Shown here: in pieces, positions 19,471 to 30,024 of the stretch
Numbering within the stretch: the stretch's first letter is position 1
Layout: each line of letters opens with the position of its first letter
IMG/VR virus record: IMGVR_UViG_3300045988_171772
Span: 96,001 to 160,000 of that record
Length of the DNA: 64,000 nucleotides
Source: a virus
Strand: one strand, 5' to 3'
Notes under the pieces: generated by a model
What the model was told of the DNA's origin: nothing
What the model saw: the letters and a program-made list of their open reading frames with translations, nothing else
The model's database searches: none
Program-made: the position numbers and the translations under genes

Positions 19471-20875
19471 CAATCAAATCCATCAAGAGAACCTACTCCT
19501 ACAATCATCCCGCCTATCTATATCAATGGGAAGATCTTCTTCCTTCTCCTATCTACTATCTAGATGATCAGGATACTCAAAGAGATTCTCTTCTGTATGA
19601 TAATCCTATAGAATTACTATCTTCTCCTCTATATAGAAGATCTGTCTTCTGGTACCATGAATTTCTATAGTATCTATTTCATTCTCGTTGACTTCCTATA
19701 GAAAAATACAGGGTCTATTTCCAAAATCCTTACTAGAGATACATCCTTACTCATGAAGGAGTATCCTCCATCTCTATAAAGAGTCTCTTCCTTTCCTCTG
19801 ATATCCATCTATAAGAAATATACAAACTTTCTATCCAGAGATTCTATTTCTATATCAATCCTTCCAGATTCTAGATCCAGGTAAGGGTGTCAGTGCTCAT
19901 GAAATATGTCTCTTTATCAATAGTCTGATATCGATCTCTATCTATAAATATTCCACTTTCGAATATCTCTATTAGATATCATCCTTCATACGCATTCTAT
20001 CTATATCCTAGAATTCGAGTGCCACAACAAACGATTCCTATTCTATAAGAAGAATTTGTATCTGGATGAATCTATCTATCGATATTCTAATCATAGGATC
20101 TCTATAAGATAAAAAATCAGTATTCTCGTTCTATTCATATCGATCCATATCTCATTTCTTAATCACACTATCTATCACTAGAATCCTTCTTGATTCATAA
20201 GAGACAGAATATCCTTCTAGAAGAATTTCTATATCCTCATAGAAGATAAGAGATTCCATTCTGATTCTCTCTATAAAGAAGATTCCACTCTTTCATTTTG
20301 GAATCTATCTCTATTGGAGATTTCTTCATAGTCTCTATACTTCTCTATCCTCAGTCTAAGAGAATGCCTTTGATTCTATAGAAATCTGATAGTAGATTCC
20401 TTCTCTATCTATAAGAATTGATTCAAGCAATCTATCGATATCAAATTCCAAGTCTCTCTTCTCATCCTTCTTCTAGTATAATAGAAAAGAATTCAGGTTC
20501 TCTTCTGCTATCCATAGAATCAGATTCAGAAAGTAGGATTTGTATTCTATTAGCATTTCTTCAATTGTGAGAATCTAAGAAATATTTTGTATATAAAAAA
20601 GACCAGGTATAATACTTAGTCTACATCTGAGAGGAATTGATCTAAGAAATCTATCAATTTGTATTCTATCCAACCAGATAGAGTACCACTCTATGATCAG
20701 ATAGAATAGTACCTCTCAGAAGGAAGGTGTAGATTCTTCATCTATCTTATTAGACTTCTCCTACTGATCGATCCACCTTCTGGAATTATCTCAGATAATC
20801 TCTTATATAGAGCTGAGACAATCGACACCATGAGTACCACTCATATGTCAATCGATTATGATTATGTCTCTCTTT
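19471..20875. repeat. ORF-free island with a dense degenerate TCTAT / TCTATARGAA motif array
   Basis: No ORF of 60 aa or more in any frame across 1.4 kb. A hand count gives about 36 TCTAT on the top strand (19517-20745) against about 9 ATAGA. About 12 copies extend to YCTATARGAA. The top strand is pyrimidine-rich. Confidence 0.8.
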
Positions 20876-20933
20876 AAGGAAAAATAAAGGATACCAGAAA
20901 TACAGAGATTCCCAGTATCCTTTATTTTTCCTT
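20876..20933 (-). terminator. long perfect hairpin (19-bp stem) downstream of the 64-aa gene
   Basis: AAGGAAAAATAAAGGATAC (20876-20894) pairs with GTATCCTTTATTTTTCCTT (20915-20933). Confidence 0.75.
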
Positions 20934-20942
20934 ATTTAGACT

Positions 20943-21137
20943 TCATCGATCTTTACGTACCACATATTTCAGAGGATTCATACGGATAAAAGGATTGTCC
21001 GTATAAATCACATAATGGGTACTATGTAACCCTCTTTGTGCCTTCATTACATAAGGGCGATTTTTATAATCCGGAAAGTTTTGAATCAGATCTTCAGGCA
21101 TCTCGTTCATGAAATGAACTTCCAAAGTCATATTCAT
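20943..21137 (-). CDS. hypothetical small protein (64 aa)
   Basis: AGGAGGG lies 5 nt upstream of the ATG. Hairpins flank it on both sides. TGA stop. Confidence 0.6.
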   Translation of the reverse strand: MNMTLEVHFMNEMPEDLIQNFPDYKNRPYVMKAQRGLHSTHYVIYTDNPFIRMNPLKYVVRKDR

Positions 21138-21236
21138 TGGACCCTCCTAGGAATATAAAAAAGAGAGTACCCATGCTGGATACATAGGTACTCTCTAATT
21201 GGGTTACATGATTGTCAGAAGGATGTCGGAAGAATT

Positions 21237-21803
21237 TTACTTCTTCTTGATGTCCTTCATCCAGGCCCGGGTGGTGTTCTTCGCCTTGACGATGCGGTGT
21301 TCCTTGGTGGTGACCACATTGCCAGTCGGGACAGATTCATAGGTACCGTCATCCTTCTGGACGATCTTGGTGGTTTCCTCAACCTTCTCAGGAACGGTCT
21401 CCAGACGGACAGACACGCGGGAGATGTCATCACCGATCTGAGGCTTGACCTTGGCACGACCAGTGCTCAGGTAGGCAGCCTCAGCCGCATCCGCAGCATT
21501 GTTGAAAGCCTCGCCATAGGACTTGGTGAAATCCAGCTTGCCAGCCAGAGCCGCAGTCTCGGCACGATCCAGGCCCATAGCCTTGCCGACGACAGAAGCG
21601 GTCGCATCACGGAAATCCGCAATGGGCGTAGTGGTGGTGGTCTCGACGGAGCCATTACCATCTTCCTTGTAGGCCGGCATCTGGAAATCGGGCGTATTCA
21701 GAATGTTGGCGGTGACTTCCGCCGCAACGCCAGAAGAATGACCACGGGTAGTGGTGGACTCTTTCAGACTATCCAGATATTTCTGGAATTCGATTGAATT
21801 CAT
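21237..21803 (-). CDS. hypothetical protein, GC3-rich codon usage (probably abundant)
   Basis: 188 aa. AGGAGG upstream. Ala/Thr/Lys-rich. High GC3 creates several shadow ORFs in other frames. Confidence 0.75.
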   Translation of the reverse strand: MNSIEFQKYLDSLKESTTTRGHSSGVAAEVTANILNTPDFQMPAYKEDGNGSVETTTTTPIADFRDATASVVGKAMGLDRAETAALAGKLDFTKSYGEAFNNAADAAEAAYLSTGRAKVKPQIGDDISRVSVRLETVPEKVEETTKIVQKDDGTYESVPTGNVVTTKEHRIVKAKNTTRAWMKDIKKK

Positions 21804-21915
21804 AAGATATTCCTCCTGTTAGAGTTGAATTACGGTCTTCATACCTGAAAACCTTTAATATGATATACTCAGGGATATTTGAATTTACCTATCCAAACAC
21901 CCCTGAGTATTCCTC

Positions 21916-23211
21916 TCATTGTGTAACAGGACCGGGCGATTCTCCAGACTGAGTTTCTTCACTCTGGAGCCTCTGATAATCCGTCGGAGCCCGATTCACT
22001 TCCTCACGGTTGTAGGCATTGATCGGAGTTCCCGGATTGGTAGGATACGGAGTCTCTTCCTTGGGAGTCTGCTCATGGGCAGCTTCCTGCTCACGAGTCC
22101 TCTGAAGAATCTCTGCAGTGGTCGGCACTCCTGCGATCTTAGGATCATTCGGAGTATACGGAACCCCATTCATCATGTCCGCAATGTCACCGAACTGGGG
22201 GCCATTATAGGGTTCCTGAGGATCCTGACCATAATAAGGACGACCAGGACGAAGATTCGGAGTCTGATCCTCATATTCATCCTCGCCATCGAAATCGTCG
22301 ATGCGATCTTCCAGATCTCCAACCTTACGGCCAAGAGCCTGAATCATCTGAAGGATCTTTTCCTCTCCGGGACTAACCTGGATCTTCTGGGCTGCCTGAG
22401 GAGGATTTGCATACATGGGATTGGACTGGGGATTCTGACGATTCTGATTCATGATCATCTGAGCCAGAGTGTTGATGCTCTTCTCGATGTTCTCGAACCG
22501 TTCGTCATACTCATTCCCAGAGTCATCCTCACCGAAGTCGAGATTGTCCATATCATAGTCGTCCATATCGAAGGGACGCTGACGACGAGGACGGAATTCT
22601 TCAAAGTCGAAGTTATACGGATCCTCTTCCATATCCCAGGAGACATTCCCGATCGTACCACGATCAGCAAAGTTCTTGAGAGCAGCAAAGCGATCCTTAT
22701 AATCATCGACATCCGAACTCCGGATATTCAGATTATCCTGAAGACCTTCGATGGCATCCCGATACCGCTTATTCAGCCACTTCATCTCATCCTGAGACTT
22801 GTTGATCCGCTTATTGTGCTTAGACTTCTGATCGACACGAAGAGTACCACCAGTGGAAGCCAGCTTCTTCTGAGCTTTCTTGATGACCTTCTTCAGCTGA
22901 TCCTTTCTCTCCTGGACATCGACCAGAAGAGTCATGACCTCATAATAGGTATCATCACTCAGGAGAAGCCAAAGCTCTTTGATGCCGATCTCGTTAAAGA
23001 CCTGGACCACCTGGGACATCGTCTTGCAAGAGGCAGACCTTCTCGCAAAAGATTTGATCCCATACAGATCACGGAATACTCGATCCACATATTGAATTCG
23101 AGTGCAGGCCCCAGTCCGATCACAGCAAAGTTTCCGGATCCGATTCAGCATCGTCCGAATCAACCTTGCTGCTTTGGATCTTGGGGTCGTCGTTTTCCTA
23201 GAATCACTCAA
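21916..23211 (-). CDS. hypothetical protein with disordered acidic/Pro-Gln-rich C-terminal half
   Basis: TTG start at 23211 with AAGGAGGG 8 nt upstream. 431 aa. TGA stop. The 635-aa plus-strand ORF opposite it is a low-complexity shadow. Confidence 0.7.
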   Translation of the reverse strand: MSDSRKTTTPRSKAARLIRTMLNRIRKLCCDRTGACTRIQYVDRVFRDLYGIKSFARRSASCKTMSQVVQVFNEIGIKELWLLLSDDTYYEVMTLLVDVQERKDQLKKVIKKAQKKLASTGGTLRVDQKSKHNKRINKSQDEMKWLNKRYRDAIEGLQDNLNIRSSDVDDYKDRFAALKNFADRGTIGNVSWDMEEDPYNFDFEEFRPRRQRPFDMDDYDMDNLDFGEDDSGNEYDERFENIEKSINTLAQMIMNQNRQNPQSNPMYANPPQAAQKIQVSPGEEKILQMIQALGRKVGDLEDRIDDFDGEDEYEDQTPNLRPGRPYYGQDPQEPYNGPQFGDIADMMNGVPYTPNDPKIAGVPTTAEILQRTREQEAAHEQTPKEETPYPTNPGTPINAYNREEVNRAPTDYQRLQSEETQSGESPGPVTQ

Positions 23212-23232
23212 TGGAGTTTCCCTCCTTTCTTC

Positions 23233-23844
23233 TTAGTATTCATCATCACCGATATCGATGAAGTCATCGGGGATCTCGATATCATCCATATCGTCTCCGA
23301 TCATCTCATCCAACTCATCGGGATGACGTTTCTTCTCTTTCTTTGGTTTGTTATCACCCAGAACGGTATTGGCCGGCGTTGCAATCTCCTTAAAGGGATC
23401 ACCAATGCCATGCTTGTCCAGGAATGTATCGCCGATCCGACTAATGTCCCTGGGAGAAAGCTCCCCAACATCTTTCAGCTGCTCAGCAACGAAATCCCAG
23501 ACATTCTTCGCAATGACGGAATCTTTGGTCTTGCCAATATCCTTCATCACGATTCCAATCGCAGCCCCTCTCATCGAATTCAGACGGCGGACAGACTGCG
23601 GATAGTCCTTGCATTTCTCGACCACTTCATCGATCTGGTCATTGATCGCCTTCTTATCATAGAAGGTAATCGGATCCCAACCAATAGCAGTCTCGAAAGC
23701 TTCACTCATTTCAACGGGATCATCCTTCGGGGTGGTAATGGCATAGAGAGCATCGAAGTTTTCCTTGAAGCTCTCCTCATCGTGCACTGCCTGGACAGCA
23801 GTGATTTGATCAAGAAATTCAGATAAGCTTTTCATAAAAGGCAC
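23233..23844 (-). CDS. hypothetical protein (203 aa, acidic C-terminus)
   Basis: GGAGGTG upstream of the ATG. TAA stop. Confidence 0.7.
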   Translation of the reverse strand: MPFMKSLSEFLDQITAVQAVHDEESFKENFDALYAITTPKDDPVEMSEAFETAIGWDPITFYDKKAINDQIDEVVEKCKDYPQSVRRLNSMRGAAIGIVMKDIGKTKDSVIAKNVWDFVAEQLKDVGELSPRDISRIGDTFLDKHGIGDPFKEIATPANTVLGDNKPKKEKKRHPDELDEMIGDDMDDIEIPDDFIDIGDDEY

Positions 23845-24140
23845 CTCCGTGATTGCAGTAGAAGAATGTAGTTATTCTTCATCACTTGTGTGTTATACCC
23901 TTTATGACATTTAAAGTATTTCTGATGCTGGTCCGTCGATCTATCCAACACCAGTTTCTCATGAATCCAATATAATTATATATAGAAATTTTCTCATTCT
24001 CCGAGTTGAGATTTATTGACTTCTGGAGAATGAGAAAAAGACAAAAGAAATCCCTCCATAATGAGTTTTGATCTCACTATGGAGGGATTACCAACCGGCT
24101 CGTGCTTCACCTTTGTTCCAATCGTACATAGCTTGGCCTC

Positions 24141-24587
24141 CTAACCTTGATGTATTTTAACATCTGGCGTATGACATAACGTACAAACACGCATGGGATA
24201 GTATCGCAAGAACGCGTTCAAATCATGGCTAGCAATGGACTTGTACGAAACAGCCAAACATAGGAAGTCCCAGATGAATAAATCGATCCAGTATAAGATC
24301 CATTGCTGGCCATATTCACCAATGCGCAATCGTCTTGACATAGCATCAAGACGCCGTTGTAACGGGTCATATGAAAAGACGTAACGTGTCCTTTGTTTTG
24401 AGTATACCTCACAATGACTTATGGAAATGAAGAGATGAAATAGAATGAAGCCAGTTTCCATGAATGGACCTATCGCGATCTCATCGCGAGATGATTCCTC
24501 ATATACTGTCATGAAAATTAGGAGTTGCGCATAAACAGGATAGCGGCATATAATAATGCGGCGATTATGCGATGTAAATGATACCAA
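24141..24587 (-). CDS. questionable ORF in a GC-shifted segment (two hydrophobic stretches)
   Basis: 148-aa track ORF with no convincing RBS. It ends in TAG, which is otherwise almost unused. A terminator-like hairpin (24049-24089, then a T-run on the minus strand) lies downstream. Confidence 0.3.
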   Translation of the reverse strand: MVSFTSHNRRIIICRYPVYAQLLIFMTVYEESSRDEIAIGPFMETGFILFHLFISISHCEVYSKQRTRYVFSYDPLQRRLDAMSRRLRIGEYGQQWILYWIDLFIWDFLCLAVSYKSIASHDLNAFLRYYPMRVCTLCHTPDVKIHQG

Positions 24588-25052
24588 TTGGATCCAATAT
24601 CAATATCTCGGCTTTCTGCATATGCCTCCATGTACCAAACCAAAGATCTATGAATTACTACAGCTATCGGACAAGCCGGAACATGTCAACGGCTCTAGTC
24701 GGCAGGACATGGTGATCAACCGCCAGACGTTACAAAGCGATCCTGTAATTGCAATCACAGATACTATTCAAGGTTATCCTCATTCTCGTTTTCTAAGAAT
24801 AAGTGCAGCATGTCCCTAGGAGTAAAGAATGATAGAAGCACGAAAACCTAAGATAGACTTTTGGATATAACTATCACATGAGGTTGTGACTACCTAGTGT
24901 GATAGCTAGATATCATACATACATTCCCATTCTGTATAGGAAGAATTACGGTCCATCATAATGACCAAGTAAGTCTTTTTGAGACTTCTCAATCATTACC
25001 TTTTATGTTACACGTCGTTACCATTTTTAATCATGCTTACAGACGAGGCTAG

Positions 25053-25071
25053 AAAAACACCCTGATAAAGT
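25053..25071 (+). promoter_or_regulatory. candidate promoter, AAAACACC-N4-TA class
   Basis: AAAAACACCCTGATAAAGT lies 35 nt upstream of the ATG at 25106. Confidence 0.4.
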
Positions 25072-25105
25072 TTAGCCTATACACACTAGATATGAGGTGA
25101 CGCAA

Positions 25106-28100
25106 ATGCTTTTTACTGCAGTTGCCAAGAATCGAGTGTATAAGAATCAAGGGATCATTCCTTTTCCCAAAGGTGCTCCTGTAGGTAGAGGAAATCTCTT
25201 ATTTTTGTGCGCTCCAGATGAAAATTCCTCATTCTCTTTGATCAAAAATCCCACTATGGGTTTGAGTGATGCCCGCTATATTCGATATACCGCCGATACA
25301 CGGTATGTCGGTAAAGTAGGAAATCGCAATATCAAAGAAAATCGTCTGAAGGTATTGAAAGATACTTTCACAGAGGAATTTTCTAATTCTGAAATGAATC
25401 TCATTCTCCCCGCTAAGCTGGAGACTGTGATCAAAACCAATTACAATCTCATCTATGACTTTAGTCATTGGAATCGAATCTTCTTCACCTATCGGAGAAC
25501 TGGTAAGGTAGAATTCCTTTGTCAGAAATACATCGAATTTCTGATGAAGGCTTTCAATCGTTCTGAGTTCTCCTCTTATAAGAAGACACTTGTCCTTCCT
25601 ATCAAGGATTGGATGAGTGCTTCTTCTACCCATGAGATTGGTATCACGAAAGCGTATATGGATACCCCGATTTCTATTCTATGTGCCTGTGCCTATCGTT
25701 TTTCTAATCTCATCAAGATGGTGGAGAATGTCGAAATCTATCTGGTAGATCCTACCAATGGAGAATTTCTTCTCTTAGATTCCTCTTTCTTCAATAAGAA
25801 GATGTATCCGAAACTGAAGAATCTCCTGGGTAGAATGACTGCTGTGAAATTCTCTAAAGCCGAAGAGGAAGTATCTGACTCCGAAGGTAATATCAAGGAT
25901 ACCGATATTGCCAAATTGGATAATCAGGTCAAGAATGAGGTTAAGGAGATTCGCCATAAAGAGAAGGTCAAAGAGATTACCAATGTAATCACCGTTGACC
26001 CCTCGAATGAGAATCCCAAACCCGTTCAGTCTTCTTCTCCTGCACCTGCTCCTGTATCTGCAGAGAAGCCTACCTTTGTCAAACCCGAAAAGAAGACGAA
26101 GAAGGAATCTGCAGAGGATGATCTCATTGACTTCTTACTCAGTGAGGATGAAAAGGTAGATCAGACAGTAGCAGACTCTGCAGAAGATACAGAGCCTGAG
26201 ACCAATCCCACGGATGAAGATTCTGAAGAGGATAATATCGATAATGATATTGAATCTGAGGTTGACTCAGTCGTCTATGATTCTGATGAGGATGCTTCCG
26301 AAGAAGATATCATTGATACAGCTGAAAAGAGAGTGAAAGAGAAGGTACTGATCACCAAATTCAAACCTGACTTTGATGAAAAGACCACGGCTCGTATTCG
26401 CTCTCTTATGGATACACAGGATTCTATCATGAATCAGACTGTGCAAGAAATGAAGAAGAAAATCGTTCCTCCTGCAAATCTTGCACCGTATATCAATACG
26501 ATGAATCCTACCATCCAGAAGCCTAAGGCTAAGAATTTCTATAAGCAATACAATGAAACCACTTTTGAGACGGATATCGATAAAGCGGTTGCTAGTCTTG
26601 CTAAGGCAGATTATCCTCTCTTTATCCAAAAGAAAGAAGTAGAAGATACGTCCGATCTCATGAATATGAAGAAGACGTACACTTACACCATGGCGGATAA
26701 AGATGGGCATACCCATATCATTGCCTTTGATGTACCTATCTTCTTGGAGGATCGATATATCTTCCTTGGTGGTAATAAGAAGGTCATTGAGAATCAGATG
26801 CTGATTCTTCCTATTCTCAAATCTGGTCCTGATGAAGTGCAGCTCGTTACTTGGTATAATAAGATTATCATGAAGCGTAGCAGCATGAAGATCGATCAGA
26901 AATCTGAGATCATCAAGAAGTATATTCTGAATCCTCAGAATACTTCTAGATTCAAGGTAAGAATCGGTAGCTGCCAGATGAAAAATAAAGGTACCGATAC
27001 TTCTCTGGACTATGATAACCTGGCTAAGAATATTACCGAATGCACCATCTATGGGAATCGGTTTATCTTCGATACTGCCTATCTTCTGGAGGAGTATAAC
27101 AAGGTACTATCTAAAAATGGTAAGAAACCTATTTCTTCTACCTATGATGCGAATGATGGACTCCTGGTTGGATATAATACCCAGTCTGGCGATCCTATCT
27201 ATGCAAAAGAGGAGAATGGAAAGGGCGTCAATGATATCATTTATAATCTCTTCAAACCCCAGGATATTGCAATTCTTAAAAAGTATACCGTGACTCCTAG
27301 AAGTCTGATGTATGCTCGAGGGAAGATGTACAACCACATGATTCCTATGGTTGGATTCATGTGCTTCTGTGTTGGTTTGACAGAGGTTATGAATAGAGCC
27401 AATATCAAGTATCAGGTTATTGAACCCAATACTAGGTATGATGTCTTGAATCAGAGTGTCATCAAATTCAAAGACAAATGGCTCCTTTGGGATCATTATC
27501 CCTTACATGCATCTTTGATCATGAATGGTCTGTATCAGTATGACTTCAGTAACTATACCCTTGCGGAAGCAGATGGTAAGGAACTGTGGAATGATATCAT
27601 GGCCAATACCTACAAATCTACTCAGGCACTTTTCGTATTGGAGCAATTCAAAGACTTCTTCATTGATCCTATCAGTGCAGAAGTATTGCGGGATATGAAT
27701 ATGCCTACTGATATCGTAGGTCTGATCATTGCTGCTTGTATTCTTCTGAATAACTCTTCTTCGGAGGATATTACAGATCCGAAGAACTTCCGTATTAGAT
27801 CCAATGAGATCTTTGTCCAGTTTATCTATACGGCAGTCGTCAGAGGATATCTGGAATATCGGAAGTCTATCTATAAGAAGAGACCTGTGAAGGTTACTGT
27901 CGATAGAAGCGTGGTATCGAAATCGATCTATGGATCTACAGACAAGACTGGGCATAAACTTCCTTCTTGTGCCATGATCGAAGATTCTTCTATTCTGAAT
28001 CCTGTATTGGAGATGGAAAAGAAAGGATCAGTCTCCTTCAAGGGTCCTTCTGGTATCGGATTGGAGCAGGCTCTTACATTGCCTAAGAGATCTTTCAATC

Positions 28101-29293
28101 CTGGTATGACTGGTACCATTGCGATCTCTACTTCTCCTGATAGAAATGTCGGTGTTTCTAGACAGCTTACACTGGATCCGAACATCGTCTCTGTCAGAGG
28201 ATACATTGGAGATCATGATGAGGATGCGATCCGGGATATGAAGGGAGCCAATCTCTTCTCTCCTGCTGAATTGCTTTCTCCTCCTGGTGCTATGCATGAT
28301 GATAGTCAGCGTACGGCTATGGCCTATAAGCAGACAAAGTACATGGTCTTGACGGAGGGATCTTCTCCTGTCTTGATGGGTAATAAGGTAGAAGCTGCAT
28401 TGCCCTACTACCTGTCTAGAGACTACACAGTCGTAGCACAAGAAGATGGTAAAGTGGCTGCCATTGAGAATGATCAGGTCATCATTCAGTACAAGAATGG
28501 TCGATATGATTCCTTCTCTCTGGTACCGAAACAGCAAAAGAACTCTGCGGGTGGTTTCTACATCGAAGCGTCTTTCCAGACAGATCTCAAAGTTGGAGAT
28601 AAAGTCAAGAAAGGTGAAGTCGTTGCCTATAACCCCAGAGCCTTTACCAAGAATAAAGATGATCTGAGTGCTTCTATGAATATCGGTGTCCTTTGTAAGA
28701 TGGCAATCTGTCCTACATTTGACGAATATGAAGACTCTGCTCCTATCACGACTGAGCTGTCTAAGAGACTTGCTACTGTCATGGTACATGAGCAGAGAGT
28801 AGTATTGTCTAAGGACGCCGTAGTCTATATGATGTCTAAGATTGGTCAGCATGTCGAAGTTGGTGATTCTCTCATTGAGTATGATAACTCCAATGAAGAT
28901 CCCACTATGGCAGAATTGTGGGCCAATATGGCAGAGACATATGGAGAAGCTCTTACAGATGTCGCCATTACCAAATTCAAGTCTGAATTCTCTGGTGAGA
29001 TTACCAATATCAAGATCTACTCTGCTGTGGATGGAGAAGAACTCTCTGACAAGTCTCTGAGAAAGATCGTCCAAGATTATTGGAATACCATCAAGAAGAG
29101 AAATAAGACTCTGGAAAAATACCGGAATCCCGATGATCCTAAGTTCATGCCTTGTGGACAGCAGATCACAGAAATTCCTGGTAAGGTAGAAGCAAAGTTT
29201 GGGAAAATCCTCGGCGAAAATGTCGGGGATGGTGTCCTCTTCTGCTTCTATATCAAACACAAAGATATCGTCAAGAAAGGCGATAAAGTCACT
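25106..29293 (+). CDS. multisubunit RNA polymerase beta-like subunit, exon 1
   Basis: GAGGTG RBS before the ATG at 25106. KGPSGIGLEQALTLPKRSFNPGMTGTIAISTSPDRNVGV parallels the beta motif LGPGGL...R..H....G.ICP.ETPEG.N.GL. HDDSQRTAMAYKQTKY parallels (E)HDDANRALMG.NMQRQA. The exon ends ...KKGDKVT at a codon boundary. Confidence 0.85.
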
Positions 29294-29633
29294 GAGAGAA
29301 AATGGCCGTTTAATTGGTGACTCTAAACCCATTTAACTGCTGGAATATCTCGCTAGGTCTTTACTACTCTAAGGAGTGATAATGTAAAGAATAGAGACAA
29401 TCAGCATCCAAGATCTTTCTTATATAAGAAGGATAAGGTTCATCGACTATCGAAAGCATAGTCTATAGAGAAATCTATAGACGAAGAAGCGAGTAGAGTA
29501 CCGAGTATCTTCCTACACATTGATTCTCTCCAAGAAGATACTTCTGGGAAAAGGTGGGCAATTCTATATCTGGTAACTAGGATATAGAATTGAAGATATA
29601 GTCAGGCCTCATAGAGATATGAGTGGAGAAAAG
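29294..29633 (+). ncRNA. group I self-splicing intron (340 nt, no internal ORF)
   Basis: P1: exon AGTCACT pairs with GGTGACT (29316-29322), with a terminal U-G wobble. P10: exon 2 AATTA pairs with TAATT (29311-29315). J8/7-P7 block AAGATATAGTC at 29593-29603. P9 hairpin with GAGA loop. Last nucleotide is G at 29633. Confidence 0.8.
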
Positions 29634-29846
29634 AATTATACGGCCTTGAAGGGTATCGTATCCAATGTCATTGATCCTGGATATGAACCTAGATCTGAAT
29701 ATAGACCCGATGAAGAGATCTCTATTCTGATGGCACCCGGAGCTGTTCTTGCTCGTAAGACTCCTTCGGTCATTCTCTCAATGTTTACCAATAAGGTGAT
29801 CATTGAATTGAAGAGACATCTAAAAGAAGACTATCTCGGGGAATAA
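29634..29846 (+). CDS. RNA polymerase beta-like subunit, exon 2
   Basis: NYTALKGIVSNVIDPGYEP...ISILMAPGAVLARKTPS continues the beta motif GDK..(R)(H)G.KGV.S....EDMP....DI.LNP.GVPSRM. Joining to exon 1 keeps the frame (1399 + 70 aa). TAA stop, then a hairpin. Confidence 0.8.
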   Translation, partial: NYTALKGIVSNVIDPGYEPRSEYRPDEEISILMAPGAVLARKTPSVILSMFTNKVIIELKRHLKEDYLGE

Positions 29847-30002
29847 ATAAAAAGATAATAAGGAATGTATGCACAGACGCATACATTCCTTATTATATTA
29901 ATAACCGACAATCATCCCACCGATGTATAATGTACCATTACCAGCATTATATGTTACATTCACATCATATTTATAGGTACCAGATTGTCTCTTTAAAGTA
30001 TT

Positions 30003-30024
30003 CTATAACTATAAATAGTTATAG
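30003..30024. repeat. perfect palindrome CTATAACTAT-AA-ATAGTTATAG
   Basis: 10-bp arms with a 2-nt spacer, in an ORF-poor intergenic stretch. Member of the CTATAG-type palindrome family. Confidence 0.6.

Noticed and set aside
19483-20850. A hidden minus-strand gene with TAG read as sense (amber-recoded ORF) filling the island
   Set aside because: I translated the minus strand by hand. With TAG ignored, the longest open stretches are about 130, 106, 92, 88 and 76 codons, and they switch among all three frames. About 41 TGA/TAA stops remain. That is close to what this purine-rich composition would give by chance.

The ATAGA motif falls in all three frames, so it is not a repeated peptide. The terminal stretch (19486-19746) has no ATG. 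This is not excluded, but it is not supported.
19471-20875. CRISPR array or tandem-repeat satellite in the ORF-free island
   Set aside because: The repeated unit is only 5-10 nt, degenerate and irregularly spaced. There are no direct repeats of 25-40 bp alternating with unique spacers, and no fixed period.
24556-24819. 87-aa plus-strand ORF upstream of the RNAP gene
   Set aside because: It has no RBS and an implausible composition. It overlaps the start of the opposite-strand ORF and ends in the otherwise unused TAG.
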